A stretch of 63,723 nt of DNA, counting the filler, from Bigelowiella natans CCMP2755 (lineage: Eukaryota > Protista > Cercozoa), in assembly GCA_000320545.1 (NCBI GenBank). It is 4 parts of 4 records of this genome, joined end to end, with 100 filler letters (N's around TTAATTAATTAA, not from the genome) between each part and the next. Parts side by side here need not be neighbours in the genome. Positions count along the whole stretch, not along the records: positions 1 to 30,185 come from ADNK01002270.1; 3 more parts are not named here. One strand, 5' to 3'. The notes under the pieces are model-generated. The model did not search any database. It was not told the origin of the DNA and saw only the letters and a list, made by a program, of their open reading frames with translations. Of this stretch, positions 1 to 12,286 are shown piece after piece. Every line of letters starts with the position of its first letter. Within the stretch, counting starts at the first letter, position 1. The position numbers were made by a program, and so were the translations under genes.

Positions 1-269
1 GTTGAAGGGGGGAGGGGGGGGGAGCGGGGATAGAACACAAATAGGACGTCAAACCGAGGACATTCAGAGAGATGAGAGCGACGTCTCTCCCCCCCCCCAT
101 AATTCAGCAGGTGAAATATGAAACATTGCCCATTATATAGCGTGACAGACACCGCAACTTGGCTGAGGCAAAAACACCCCGAGAAGGGGGGGGGGGACAC
201 TAGAGAACATAACACTCTTTGACCCTGTGAGCTTTCCTATCGTTTGACGATCAGGCCGTTTGGCCACGC

Positions 270-310
<41 letters not shown>

Positions 311-333
311 CTCTCCCTCCGTGTAACACCCTC

Positions 334-481
334 CTACCTCGTCGATGCTGGGACCTTCCCTAGATCGTAATCATCCCTGGCCTTGCTCGCCCCCCCCCTT
401 GTGCGGCCGACACTTGCGGATTTCGCTGCCGGAGCTGAAGCGATGGATGGGGTGAGATGGTGGATTGTCGGTTGCATGTAT

Positions 482-519
<38 letters not shown>

Positions 520-750
520 AGAGACCTGTCTTTGAGGCTGCTGCACCTGCTGATGGTGATTTTTTGCGTGGGATAAACTTGCTCTTTTCCGACGATTTAG
601 CCGACGACCCGGTCTTGGCAGTGTTGATGCCGTTTCTTGCCTGGAAAGGGGGGGGGAAGGGGGGTTAGTGCTATTGGCGCGTTTGACTAGTTGCCCCAAG
701 CAAACGGCGTATTCGAGCAAATCTCCCAAACTTAAGCTAATGTGTGTGTG

Positions 751-792
<42 letters not shown>

Positions 793-1150
793 TATGAAAA
801 AAGTTAAAGACAGGTTTAAAGGTGCGACGACTGGTCTACACGTTCGAGTGTAGTAAATGTGCTGCAAAGAGGTGGATGAGCGCATATTCGCATGTTCAGA
901 AGTAGGAATCTTCTGCCAGTCTCTCCCAGCCCCACCTTAGCTCTTTGCTGCTTGTTGACCGCATGGTGGAATCCCTGGCGAGGCATCGGCGCGCAACACA
1001 TGCAACACATGGAACAGCAGAAACAAGGCCGCAAATCACAACTCACACGGTGGTAATAATAGTAAATGCACACGGGGGGAGAGCTAGCGAGGGAGACGGA
1101 GAGAAAGAGGAGAGAGATCATATACCTGAGAATCCTGCAACTCACACGCA

Positions 1151-1191
<41 letters not shown>

Positions 1192-1739
1192 TCATTTACC
1201 ACGTGCGCAGAGATTGAACCGACCTTGGAGCTGTCCTTCATCGGGGCTGCAAAGTCCTCCGTGATCTTCTTCGCTGTGCGTGATACTTTCGGCTTTGCCG
1301 CTCTTGAGCCACCCGCCACTCCGACCGGCCCATCGTTCAGATGCGACGAATCGATGATCTCCGCATTATCCGAGCTTCCAAATAGCCAGTCGAAGGCCTG
1401 GGAAGAGGGGGGAGGAGGGGGGGGGGGAGAATGGAATTTATATTTAGGACGAAGCAGCAGCAGCATGATTATTTAGGTTTCATGAACCACGCGTTATAAA
1501 GGCACGATGGAAGGTGAAATAAGCAATGTGACAGTAGCCTTGGTGGTGTGTAAGAAATCGAAATATATAGGCTCTCATCTACCTCGTGAAGGCCTTTTTG
1601 GGAGTGCAGAATCCTCATCAACTCTCCGCCGGCAAGATTCCCTGCATCGTAGCCTGCTTTGAGCGTGTTCAGGACTTTTGCGTGCTTCTTGACCTGTTTT
1701 GGGAGTTTCAAGAATATACTTTAAAGCTATATATCTATT

Positions 1740-1783
<44 letters not shown>

Positions 1784-2341
1784 CTCTAAATATGTATTAT
1801 ATATTCTGTACGTGTACATAATATTATGAATTAAAAAAAGATAAACAATATGCGTAGATTTAGTACTATGCTTCCGCAGCCAAACCTCTAACTCGCAACA
1901 CTGTATAGCTTCGAGTCGCAAATCATAAATTATATATCAATTATGCACACACACACACACACACACACACATGCACTGACTGACTGCATATATCACACAC
2001 AAAAACATGTAGGCAGTAAATCATAAATGGAGGAAAAACCAAAGACCTCAAGAATAGCATCGACTTCATGATACATCTAAAAGCAAAGGGGCAGGGGGGG
2101 GGAGGGAAGGGGGAGGAGGGGGAAAATGCACAAATGTTATTTGGCCAATTTGTATTGTCACAGACATCGTCGCTATCGCAGTGTACCCCCTTCCCCCTCC
2201 CCCCTCCCCTCTCCCCCCCCCCCTCATCTGCCCTCGAGCTAACCATGTACAGTAGACGCTCCTTAAGCTTCTCATCTCCAAGTGCACGTGCATCGACGTC
2301 TATAATGCCCTGAAAGTATATCAACAAAAGTTATATGATTG

Positions 2342-2379
<38 letters not shown>

Positions 2380-2906
2380 ATGTATATTTCAAGTATATTT
2401 GACTCAATTATCTATATGATACATTTGCTTTCCTCCTACGCATGCATATGCATAATAGCGCGGTAAACAACCGAGTCCTTGAGCAGCTTCGAGAGCGTAT
2501 TCCACCTCCTCCTCCCTGCGGCTAAGAGGGGTACAAAAAGGGGGTTGGGGTGGGGGTGGTTGAACCACGCGAAAAGACTGTGCAAAATAGCCATTCTTTC
2601 TCATCAATCAACGGACAAGCTTCCTTCCTCGAAAAGGGATTGGGAATGAATGCGTAGTTCCTGCCCCGTACCTCACCCAAACACCTCGAAATACACTGCA
2701 ATATCTCCCCCCCCCCCGCCCCCCCTCTCCCTCTCTCTCCCTCCCTGACCTGCGAAAGCTTCTGGATCTTTGACGTTGGCACCTGGTGAGGATGTGTGGG
2801 TATTCGTTAGAATCGCAGATCATTAACCGCTCATTTGCAGAGCCTCGTCAGGTTTCAATCTCATCGGGGTTGAAAGGGGGGGAGGAATCGAGGTTGGCGC
2901 TGTGCT

Positions 2907-2954
<48 letters not shown>

Positions 2955-2980
2955 GGAGGAATCGAGGTTGGCGCTGTGCT

Positions 2981-3013
<33 letters not shown>

Positions 3014-3511
3014 CTATATAATATATGATTTACAGACTATATTACAACATGCTTCAACCTCATGCACTTTAACAAAAACCAAAAAAACCTAAATAGCGCA
3101 TAGTCGCCATCGTTCTGCAAACGACTCGCACACGTTTCTACCACAACTGCTGCTACTGCTACTACTACTACTACTGCTACTTCTACTACTACCAAGAGTT
3201 TGCTTAAACTTGAAAAACTTCTCTGCGAATCCCTGAGGAAAGCTCACGTCCGTCGCAGCCTTCACACCCTCGAAAAACTTGGCAATTCTTGAAGATAAAT
3301 CGCTGAGTAAATGATGCATAGGAGTGGAGAAGATTGGGGAGGATTGAGGAGGAAAGGGGGGGCAAAGAGAGAGAGAGGGAGAGAGAGAAAGAGAGAGAGA
3401 ATGAGGATAAAATCAGAGAGACGATTACTAGATAAAGCGGGAAACATGTTCTTGAGAAAAACTATAAGACATGTGCGCAATTCGCATCGAATATGAATGT
3501 ATATCCGCAAT

Positions 3512-3550
<39 letters not shown>

Positions 3551-4775
3551 GATATATACTAATATATATGAATAATACCGTCCATGCGTCAGCCCGGCAG
3601 CTTTAGTCTTCTGCTGATTGATCATCGGTTGTATACGCATAATGCGGTTGTTGTTCGCAAAGCAGCAGCAAGCAGAATCTTAGTTGTGATAGCATTTTGA
3701 TAATGTATTGATTCTCCAAGTCAGGCGAAAATCAGGGGGGGGAAGGGGGGGGAATGAGCGCCAGAGAACGCACCTTGTTCTGATGGGCGGTGCCAGCGGC
3801 GAAGGACGGATTTGCGCCTCCTCCTGATTTGTAGTCTTTGTGCCCCCATTGGTCCTTCTTCAGGTTATTCATCTCCCACCTGACGATAGCCATTTTTATA
3901 AGTATATTGGTCTAGGTTATTACGACGAGGGAGTGTGTTCACCGCGGCACTGTATGCGCCATCACCGCATGTGTGGTGGTCGTTAGCTCAAGATACGGGT
4001 TTGTCCTTGAGCGCGTGCGCGCGCGCGCGCGCATAAATGAGCGCTAGTACTTGACCAGAATGTATCATACACGATGATGAGCATCCACTAGTATATCTTC
4101 TTTTCTCTTACTGGTGTTCTTGCGGCATCCAAGCGGTGTTATCGACCGGAGCTTCTGGCACTAAATCATCCTATTTCATGATAGCACGTCGTTTTGATGA
4201 TGGCGATGATGGTGATGATGGTGATGATGGTGATGATGGGGATGATGATCCATGCTAGATACATGTTTGGATGGTGACGATGTTTATGATGGCGATGCTG
4301 CAGCATTTATCTTCCTATGATTCCCAGGCTGCTGCTGCTTGATCTACCTGTCCAAGCATTTGATTGACCTCGCCCAGCACCATCTTTGCTTCCACGGCTT
4401 CCCTGAAGGCATCATCGGAGAGAGGGGTTATGCAGGGCAGATATGGGAGGGGGGGGGGGGGATTGCAGTTGCAGCCGCGCACATAAAACTTGTCATAACA
4501 ATCAACTGAACCGAATACATTGAGAGAGAGATGTACCGTCGGAACGATGTACAAATAATTTGAGGGAATTGACAAAATTCATCGTTATCGATAAACGGTG
4601 TAGGAGAGGAGGAAGAGAGGAAGGGGAGGAGTGTGGGGACAAGGTGAGGCACTTACGCTTTTCGGTCTTCTAGAAAACGGACTACGGGTTGCATTAGCTC
4701 GCGAAGGTAACTATAGGAATAACAAGATATATAGCTCAGAACGACCGATGAACATGGCGAGTTTGCAATATATAC

Positions 4776-4812
<37 letters not shown>

Positions 4813-5750
4813 CATTTATACAGACACACACGTGTGTGTGTGTGCGTGTATTTGGCCTCACCTTTGAGCTTTGATAGCATCTGCAGAAGACAACTTCGCC
4901 TGAGAGGGAGAGGGAGGGTGTTTGGAATCAATGGGGGGAGGGGGGGGGGGCGGACACGGGAAAAACAGTATTAACTAACGATTTGAGGAGAGGAAGAGAT
5001 ACTTTAGTACCAAACATGGCAAAACTTCCTTACAAATTGATGGCCATTGATGGCCTCGGTGCCCCAATCCCCCCCCCCCCCCCTCCCCCTTTCCCCTTCG
5101 TCCTTAAACCCAGACCGGTAGGTACGCACCTGTAAGAACCCTAGCAAAGAGCGCTGCGATTTCATCAGTGATTTTTCCAAGGGGTCCCCCATATCCTGGG
5201 ACGGTTTTTGTGGGTTTGCAAAATGAATACCAAAGGGCGAAAAAAAAAATTATCCCTTCCCCCCCCTGTAATCGTTATCTCCCATCATCATCATCATCAT
5301 CGTTACCTCCTCTGCAGCCTCACGACGCAGGAAGTCCTCGAGCGTAAGCCCAATCTCCATCACCCTCTCCAAAGCTAACTCCTCCATTTCATCGGCCTGC
5401 AACAACGTGTAAGAAAACGGGGGAGCGGAGGGGGAGGGGGCGGAGATACAGGATATAAGGTTCTTCTTATGCTACGCAGCGATTTGATAAAATAGGTATT
5501 TAGAGTCTCTTGAGATCAAGTCATAGCCTCAAAATTATTCCAAAGACAAAGGTTTCTCGTTCTTAATAAACAGGCAGCTTAAGAAGGAGCAAGAGTGACA
5601 TCTTTGCGTGCCCTTCCTTGTTTTTTATTAAAAAATGGTGCTCGGTCGGTTGCATTAGTTGTGGTATGCCTGCATTCCTTTTTTACCGCACCTGCTCGAG
5701 GGCGCCGACATAGTTCTTATTCTTGATTTGAAGCTCAAAGTTTCTCATTA
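334..5750 (-). CDS. Multi-exon gene, unknown product; probably continues beyond the window start
   Basis: Many short GT-AG-bounded exons between microsatellite-rich introns, e.g. ADEMEELALERVMEIGLTLEDFLRREAAEE (~5310-5400), DMGDPLEKSLMKSQRSLLGFLQ (~5130-5200), YLRELMQPVVRFLEDRKA, EAVEAKMVLGEVNQMLGQ and KHAKVLNTLKAGYDAGNLAGGELMRILHSQKGLHE. No domain recognised. Confidence 0.6.
2876..3010. repeat. Intronic tandem duplication of GGGGGAGGAATCGAGGTTGGCGCTGTGCTATAC(AT)n
   Basis: The same ~33-bp unit followed by (TA)n occurs twice back to back. Confidence 0.85.
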
Positions 5751-5934
5751 CGAATCTGACATGTGTGATAATGGTGATTGAGGACAATTGAACTGTGTAC
5801 GGGAAAAATATGACGTAAGGACATCTCTAGCCCCCCCCCCTCCCCCCCCCACTCCCCCTATCTCATCATTTTTCTCCTTTCTTTCTTCCTTTTTGTCTCC
5901 CACTTGCAATCTTAATATTGATTTGGCCATGCCC

Positions 5935-7050
5935 CTTAAGTTTACTTATGCTTGTTTGATTCTTGTTTTGCGCTCCTTAACTTACCCAATAGCAAAGCAC
6001 ATTAAGACGGCAGCAATAATCCAGAGGCCTAGAGATGCAAAAGAGTGTGTCAAGGAATTGTGCTGCTGCAAAGATTCACCTTAAATTTCAGGCGCGAGGC
6101 ATTACCGTAGGTCATAGTGTTCGAGTCCACGATGTATGCCACATCCTTATCACCACCTCCAACCTGCATGCAGCAACCAACACATAGACGAAAAACGTGC
6201 CGGGGGAGCGATAAATCAGTAAAGCCAAGGTTTCAACGAATATGGCAATATATTTCCGAGGGTTCTTGTAGAGAAAGCAAAGGTGCGGCGAAGAGAAGGC
6301 GTATAACACACGGTGTGGCAATCGCTCAACCTTCGTCTTCTTGATCCCAAGAGACTTTGCAATGTCCCCCACTGCCAAGCTGATTCGACCACACGGCATA
6401 TAATCATCAGTGCAGTCTTCTACTTCGGGTTAACGTTGTTTAGTAACAAAATATTGTGATTCGTCATATTTTTTCATTTGCTGGAATGGGGGGGGGTACT
6501 TCGCCATTGTGATTCGGAATTGCGGAGGATTCCGATTCTTCTCGTAAATTTAGAAATTTGTATTAGGATATTCTCGGCTTACAGATCTTTACTTATCGTC
6601 GTTCGGAATAAAAGAACCCAGAGAATTCTCTGGGTTCGAATCGTACATGCTAGAACTAGAAGTACCGTGAAATATCTGAATAATGTTGTTCCAAATTCTG
6701 TCGGAGGAATGCACGGCCAGCGAAAACTTATGGCTGTCGTCATCATAGATTTCCGCCGTCTGCGGCTTAGGAAGGCTTCTATGCGCCATTTTGGAAAGAA
6801 ATGCACTAGATTTTATGCGAATATTGCTTTTCTAAATCGTTCTACAGTTGAAATCCTAGTTCATTTTATCTTAACGACAAATCGAGATGGGAAATATCAC
6901 TTCTTTTTGATGGTAGCGTTCAGATCTGAAATATTCTTGCGAACTTCGATGTACATAGAATTCCTTTCGAATAGAATCACGGGGATTTATTGTTTCATCG
7001 AGAGAGGTAATCATATTTTAAGGGAAAAAGGAAGCCGTACACGAATTTGT
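5935..7050 (-). CDS. Probable small multi-exon membrane protein, divergent from SUMO
   Basis: Exon-like segments MPCGRISLAVGDIAKSLGIKKTKVERLPHR, RKYIAIFVETLALLIY and SFASLGLWIIAAVLMCFAI include hydrophobic stretches. Boundaries uncertain. Confidence 0.4.
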
Positions 7051-7204
7051 TGCTAAGAGCTGGGAAGAGATATTCATCATTTCAATTGACGCTTTTCATA
7101 TTGTTACTATTTTACCCTTGTCGCGCAAATAAAAAAGGCCTGGGATGCAGCCCTTCACGGGTGCTCCCGCCAAAACCGCACACTTGAACACGCAAACGCA
7201 AACC

Positions 7205-7652
7205 ATGGAGGAAACAAAGGTTGTCATTTCCAATGTGAATAGCGAAATGCGGCGCATGGCCTGGTTCCAGATTAGAAAATAAGGATGCTTCCATCTTTCG
7301 ATTCATCCTCTTAATTCTTCTTATTTCACAGGATCAAAAGCCCAATGAGCACCTTAACCTTAAAGTGAAGTCCCAAGATGGAAACGAGGTCTTCTTCAAG
7401 GTGAAGAAAACAACCCCATTCAAGAGGCTGATGGAAGCATACTGCCAAAAAGTCGGAGCGGAAAAATCTTCAGTTCGATTTCTCTTCGACGGAGATCGCA
7501 TTAGTGGCGACCAGACTCCTGCCGATGTAAGCTGATTCATATTTCTCCCACTTACTCCAAGCTCACGTTTTGAATTCCTTTCCTTTTAGCTTGACATGCA
7601 GGACGAGGATGAGATCGATGCTATGGTGCAGCAGACGGGTGGGAGCTGGTAA
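7205..7652 (+). CDS. SUMO: SUMO (small ubiquitin-like modifier), 3 exons: 7205-7219, 7332-7526, 7590-7652
   Basis: Spliced translation MEETKDQKPNEHLNLKVKSQDGNEVFFKVKKTTPFKRLMEAYCQKVGAEKSSVRFLFDGDRISGDQTPADLDMQDEDEIDAMVQQTGGSW*. GT-AG introns and the QQTGG processing motif. Missed by the ORF track. Confidence 0.97.
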
Positions 7653-7809
7653 AAACCACTTCCCAGTTGACGAGAGTATGAATCTTGATTTTAGTCTCCA
7701 GTTGCGATGAAACTTCTCACAGTAGTACTCAAATAACTAAATAACTAAGTAGTGCTAGAAGTATGTTTTTGTGGCATGATGTCGAAAATTTAAAGATTTA
7801 TTATAACCA

Positions 7810-10800
7810 TGTTAGATGAAGATAGCGATGATATTTTTTGAACATGCGGCTTGCTGCGTGATGAGACACGGGTGAAAATGAACGGGGTGCAAAGGGAAAG
7901 ATCACTGGCAAGTCAACGTGGAATGCAACACAATTCGAGAGTTTGTGCACAATCTAACTCCAGTTACACAAGCTGAAAAGCCATGCACTGCTACACTGTC
8001 TCGCTACGACGTGTTCTGAGCAGAATGTCCAGATCTTCCGCCCCATCTAGCCATATTGAATGTCTATCATCCACACCTCTAGACCTTACACTGCTAAGCT
8101 AGCACAGGCTAGCAGTATAGCAGGCAGGGATGCATGTGGACAACACGACAACTATCATCTTGCATGTGCACCATGTCGGCTCCACAAACAGCACTAGCTA
8201 GCTAGAGCACGACGACCAATGATGACGGCCTAAACGGCTCTAGCAGAGCTGAAGAGCGCTAGCTAGGTTGCTAGTAGGGCGCTGTGCTGGTGCAAATGTG
8301 GCATCCAATGACCCCCTCTAGCTAGCCCTTGATGATTTGTGCAAAAATCCCATTGCATTGTTGCCACGCTGCACCAGTCTAGCACAAATCCGTTGAACCT
8401 GCTGGCCTGTGACGAGTGGCATGACCTCTCAATGCGAGAGCATTTTTTGCATTTTGGTGCTGAAATTCTAGCAATTTTTGCGTTTTTTCGTGCTGAAATT
8501 TTGCAAGTGCATGAAGCTAGTGTGCTCACACCCTCATGAGCTTGCAAGACTTGTGGCACAGCACGTGCAATTGCGCTAGCTGTTTCAGAAGTGGTGAGCA
8601 TTTTCCGCTGGTGGGCGTTGAAAAACGAGGTTTTGAAGCTGGCATTCAAAAACAAAATCAAAATTGAACTTCAAACAGGCTCCATTGTGCTTCCAATGTC
8701 CAATTGCAGCGATTGAGCGCGTCAGGCCGCGCGCGCAAAGCATGGTTTGTGCAAAACCCAGTCGTTGCAGGGTTTGACGGAGTTGTGAGCAGTGCAGAGC
8801 GTGACGCGAGACACGCAATCGTGTTTGCTTCAACAAATCTAGAAATGCTTGTCATCTGCAGGTCACGCTAGCACATGCCTGCATGCTAGATGCAGGCTGC
8901 AATCTGGTGATGTCCGCACATTGCGCATGTGTGCATGCGATGCGGTCCAGCTTGCTGGCTCTGGAGCTAGCTAGCTAGCGGTGCACTGTGGCAATCACAC
9001 CTGCAAGGCATGCCACAGCTGCTAGACAGCCCTAGACCAGTGCTAGCTAGCTAGAGTGCAGCCGCATCGCATTCTGGCATGTCCAGACGTCACGATCGTG
9101 ACGCTTCTAGGCTTGCTAGCTTGGCAAAAAAAAATGGTTTCTCCATGTTTCCAATTTTTCCAATGTTGAATTTGACCTAGCTCCAGAGCTAGCTCTGAGC
9201 CAACTGCAGCGCGTCTTTTGTCTGGCTGTGTCTGTTGTGCAGAAGCAGCCCCATTGCGCGCACATGCAAACTAGCTAGCTAGACAGTGCCAGAGTGCAAT
9301 GCGTCAACTGCACAGCAGTGCACTTGACTAGATAACTGGATGAGACGGATGTGATCAATGCATGAATGAATCAAATTTGTTCAATGATCATCCTCATGCG
9401 CGGTGCACGTGCTAGCATCTGTGTCATGTTTCTAGGCGTCCATGTGTGTCCATCTCCAGATCTAGCCAAGCTAGCAAGCGCTCAAGTGCTGTCAAAAATT
9501 GTTGCGCAATGATCGCAGAATGAGGCAGCGTTTGAGCCATTTTTGCTCTCGTGCATGCACCACAAACTCACAGCCGCAGCGGCCAACTAGCCAACTCTGG
9601 AACTCAGCAATGCGCGCATCCCGAAAACATTTTCTAGAAATGGCGCGTTGAGAACATGTTTTGCGAGCAAAGTGTGTGCATGCAAGGGTTGAAGCGTTTG
9701 TTCAGTGGTCGTAGAAGTGATGGCAGCAGTGTTGGTGACAGTGACAACAGTGGAGCAGTGAGCAAGGGATGAAGAGGAGTTGTGGTGGCACTGAGCAGTG
9801 AGAAACAGGACTGGAAAGGTGAATGATTTGTCATTAGTTGCGCCGAACAACTCGCAGAGTTTGATGAGATGTTGGTTGGAGCATGGTGGTGGCAGCATGT
9901 TGCATTGCTGATCATTGACATGATGACAACGAACAATTTTCTTTTCAATGCAAAATTGTCATGATGTCTAGACATGCCACACATGCCAACAACCATTTGC
10001 GTGCTGTGGAAGTTGAAGTGCGCGTCGATTGATGCAATGGAAAGATGTGACATTGAACAGGTGCAATTTCAAGCTGAAGATGAATGTGACACACAAAGGA
10101 ATTTCTGCAGTCCATCTTCCAAGAATTCCTGGACAGCAGTGCCGCGCTCTTTCAAATGGTTCATGTTTGCATTCGAAAAGTTGATTGTCAACACGCCGTC
10201 TTCCAATTTCAAGCCCTTCTTGCAATCACTCGAGGGAGCTGTCTTGGGGTCGAAGGTGAAAACAATTTCTTTCAACAGTTCTTGAAGAGATTCCATGCCG
10301 TCCTCGTCGATGCACATCGCTGACATTGCATTGATGATCGGTCTGAAATGCCTCTTCTCAAAATTTCACGTGTTGTCGTAGTCACATTTGGAGCCCTTTG
10401 AAGCAATTGCCTTCTCGTCGATGGCAATTTTCATCTCGCTTTCAGATGCTGTTTTCATCTGAGCAAGAAACCCAGGGAGGAGATCTTTCTTGAACTTTGT
10501 CAGAGGGCGAGCCTGTTCAAGTGGGAAAATCTCCTTGCTTTCCACAGCCACATTGCATTGCTCTTCGAGGAGTTTTTGAATTGCTTGTGCACGAGCAGAA
10601 CTCTGATTCAAGTTGCTCATGGGCTTGAAATTTGTTGTCAGCTTGCTGTCCGCAAGCTTCAGGCCATTCTTGAAATTGGAGGATGGTGCTGTTTTTTCGT
10701 CGAGAGTGAAATGCAACTCAGCAAGTGAAGCTTTGATTGCAGCTTTTCCCAGATCGTCAGCCCCGACGCTCTACAAAGCCTCGATGCACGGTTTGCAGAA

Positions 10801-12150
10801 AACTTGTTGCAATGTCCAGAATTCCTTCAGCGCGCAGGGAGAGTCTTCTGTGCACAAAATGGGAAAATCCGCTGTCACCTTGATCTCTGTGCCAGCAGCT
10901 TTGTTGATTTCTTCGAGAAGGCCTGGGAGTTTCTCTTTCTCAAAGGCTTTCAGCGCACGGCGGCACTTGAGCTTGAGTTTCTTGGGGGCGTCTGCGGTGT
11001 CCATGTTGAGGACACTTTTGGGATCTGCACAGGTTGTCCAGCTCGTTGCGATGTTTTTTCTCCGCAAAAGTTTTGCTTCACGCTTCCAACTTGGTGGTGA
11101 GACAACGATCTCACGCTTGTCGCAGGGGGCAAACGGAAGTCGAAAAGCTGACATTGCGGTCCAGACGTTCCATCGCCATCGGAAATCGCAAAGTTCACAC
11201 TGGTGCACCAGCTTCTCTGGATCTTTCGAACTGCCGTGCGAAACCATCGGAAGGTGCTGCAACGTTTTTGCCGCAGGCAACAAAGTCTCCCAGCGGCCTG
11301 GACCACGTCGAATCTCAAGCAAAAAAGTGGCACAAAGTGGAGGCCAGACCTTTCTGAGAAAGCCGATGAACCCGAGAGTTTCTGGTCAAAAAGAACTGCA
11401 TGTTCACCTTGCGTCATTGCTCAAGGCTCGAAAAGGCTCTCCAAAGAGCTCAGTGGAACGCAAGGCATTTCGACACGTGGACAATGTGCACTTCGGGATC
11501 TTGTCGAAGTGAACACGAATCAATTGATCAATCATCGTGAAGGGCATCCAAAACCGCTGCCCCTTTCAACAGCTCAATTGGCGTTGAGCTTCAGCTCACT
11601 CGTCTGGCCAGCTGGCTCGTTCCTGCGTTGCTGGGTTGCCATGTTCAGGGTTGTGCGTGTTGTCTGAGTGGTCAGCGGCCCGGCTAGCGGGCAGTTCGAC
11701 AGGTTTGCACCTTGCCAGCTCTGAGCTTGCCCCAGTCTAGCAGTGCCAGCCTTTTGTGAGCTCCACATGCACAGCTTGCCAGTCTTTCAGAGCAGGCTAG
11801 CAGGCTAGCAGGCCAGCAGGTCCAGCTTCACTAGTTCAGAGAGCTGGTCTAGCTAGCTAGCAGAGCTAGCAAACACATGCCAGCATGCATCGTTCTGGCG
11901 TTGTCATGTCGTGAACGTTGATCACTAGAAGCTACTAGGCTAGCTAGCTAGATCACGTTGACAGTGCTAGAGTGTGGCACGTTCCAAGCGTTGCTTGCAT
12001 GCTAGGCTAGCTAGCTAGTCCCACTTGGGAGATCATGCACACACACACACACACACACACACTGAGATGCCTGCTCATGCATTTTGAAGTCATGCAGAAA
12101 AAAGATTACTCTGCCGTGGCCACTAGATCAGCATGGATCATTGCAAGCTG
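7810..12150. other. TpA-depleted, CTAG/CATG/TGCA-rich hypermutated island A
   Basis: Between ~8280 and ~12000 nearly every TA is inside CTAG, with a few CTAC/GTAG. Runs of consecutive 60-nt lines (e.g. 10021-10370, 10385-10770) contain no TA, and CpG is retained. Confidence 0.9.
10105..11004 (-). pseudogene. Intronless pseudogene with two tandem copies of a ~145-aa bacterial-like domain
   Basis: One frame of 300 codons from MDTADAPKKLKLK with in-frame stops at 10771-10773 (TAG) and 10366-10368 (TGA). Internal repeat: RALKAFEKEKLPGLLEEINKAAG...DDLGKAAIKASLAELHFTLDEKTAPSSNFKNGLKL versus RPLTKFKKDLLPGFLAQMKTAS...DEDGMESLQELLKEIVFTFDPKTAPSSDCKKGLKL. Only one Tyr. Confidence 0.8.
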
Positions 12151-12286
12151 ATTTAAATTGACATCAATTTCTCGATGGGTTCCTATGCTAATAGATACAG
12201 TGAACAAAATGTAATTTAAATCATTTTTCGCACATGTCCTAGCTATTAAGTTGTGCAAGTGGCCTTAATAAGAACTTTCCTTAATC

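Noticed and set aside
10366-10368. TGA in the island A gene as selenocysteine or a variant genetic code
   Set aside because: It aligns with Trp in the other repeat, the same frame also has a TAG, and there is no redox motif. Ordinary pseudogene decay explains it.
11655-11705. tRNA/SINE-like boxes (GAGTGGTCA...GTTCGA)
   Set aside because: No cloverleaf or acceptor stem can be built.
8263-11768. Many overlapping ORFs in all frames (e.g. 10613-11512 +, 299 aa), with similar ORFs at 18651-19909, 34861-35766 and 39670-40539
   Set aside because: Loss of TA removes TAA and most TAG stops, producing long His/Cys/Met-rich open frames. The 299-aa ORF largely overlaps the pseudogene on the opposite strand.
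7810-12150. CpG-methylation decay as the source of TG/CA excess
   Set aside because: CpG remains common and TpA is what is missing, which C-to-T decay cannot produce.
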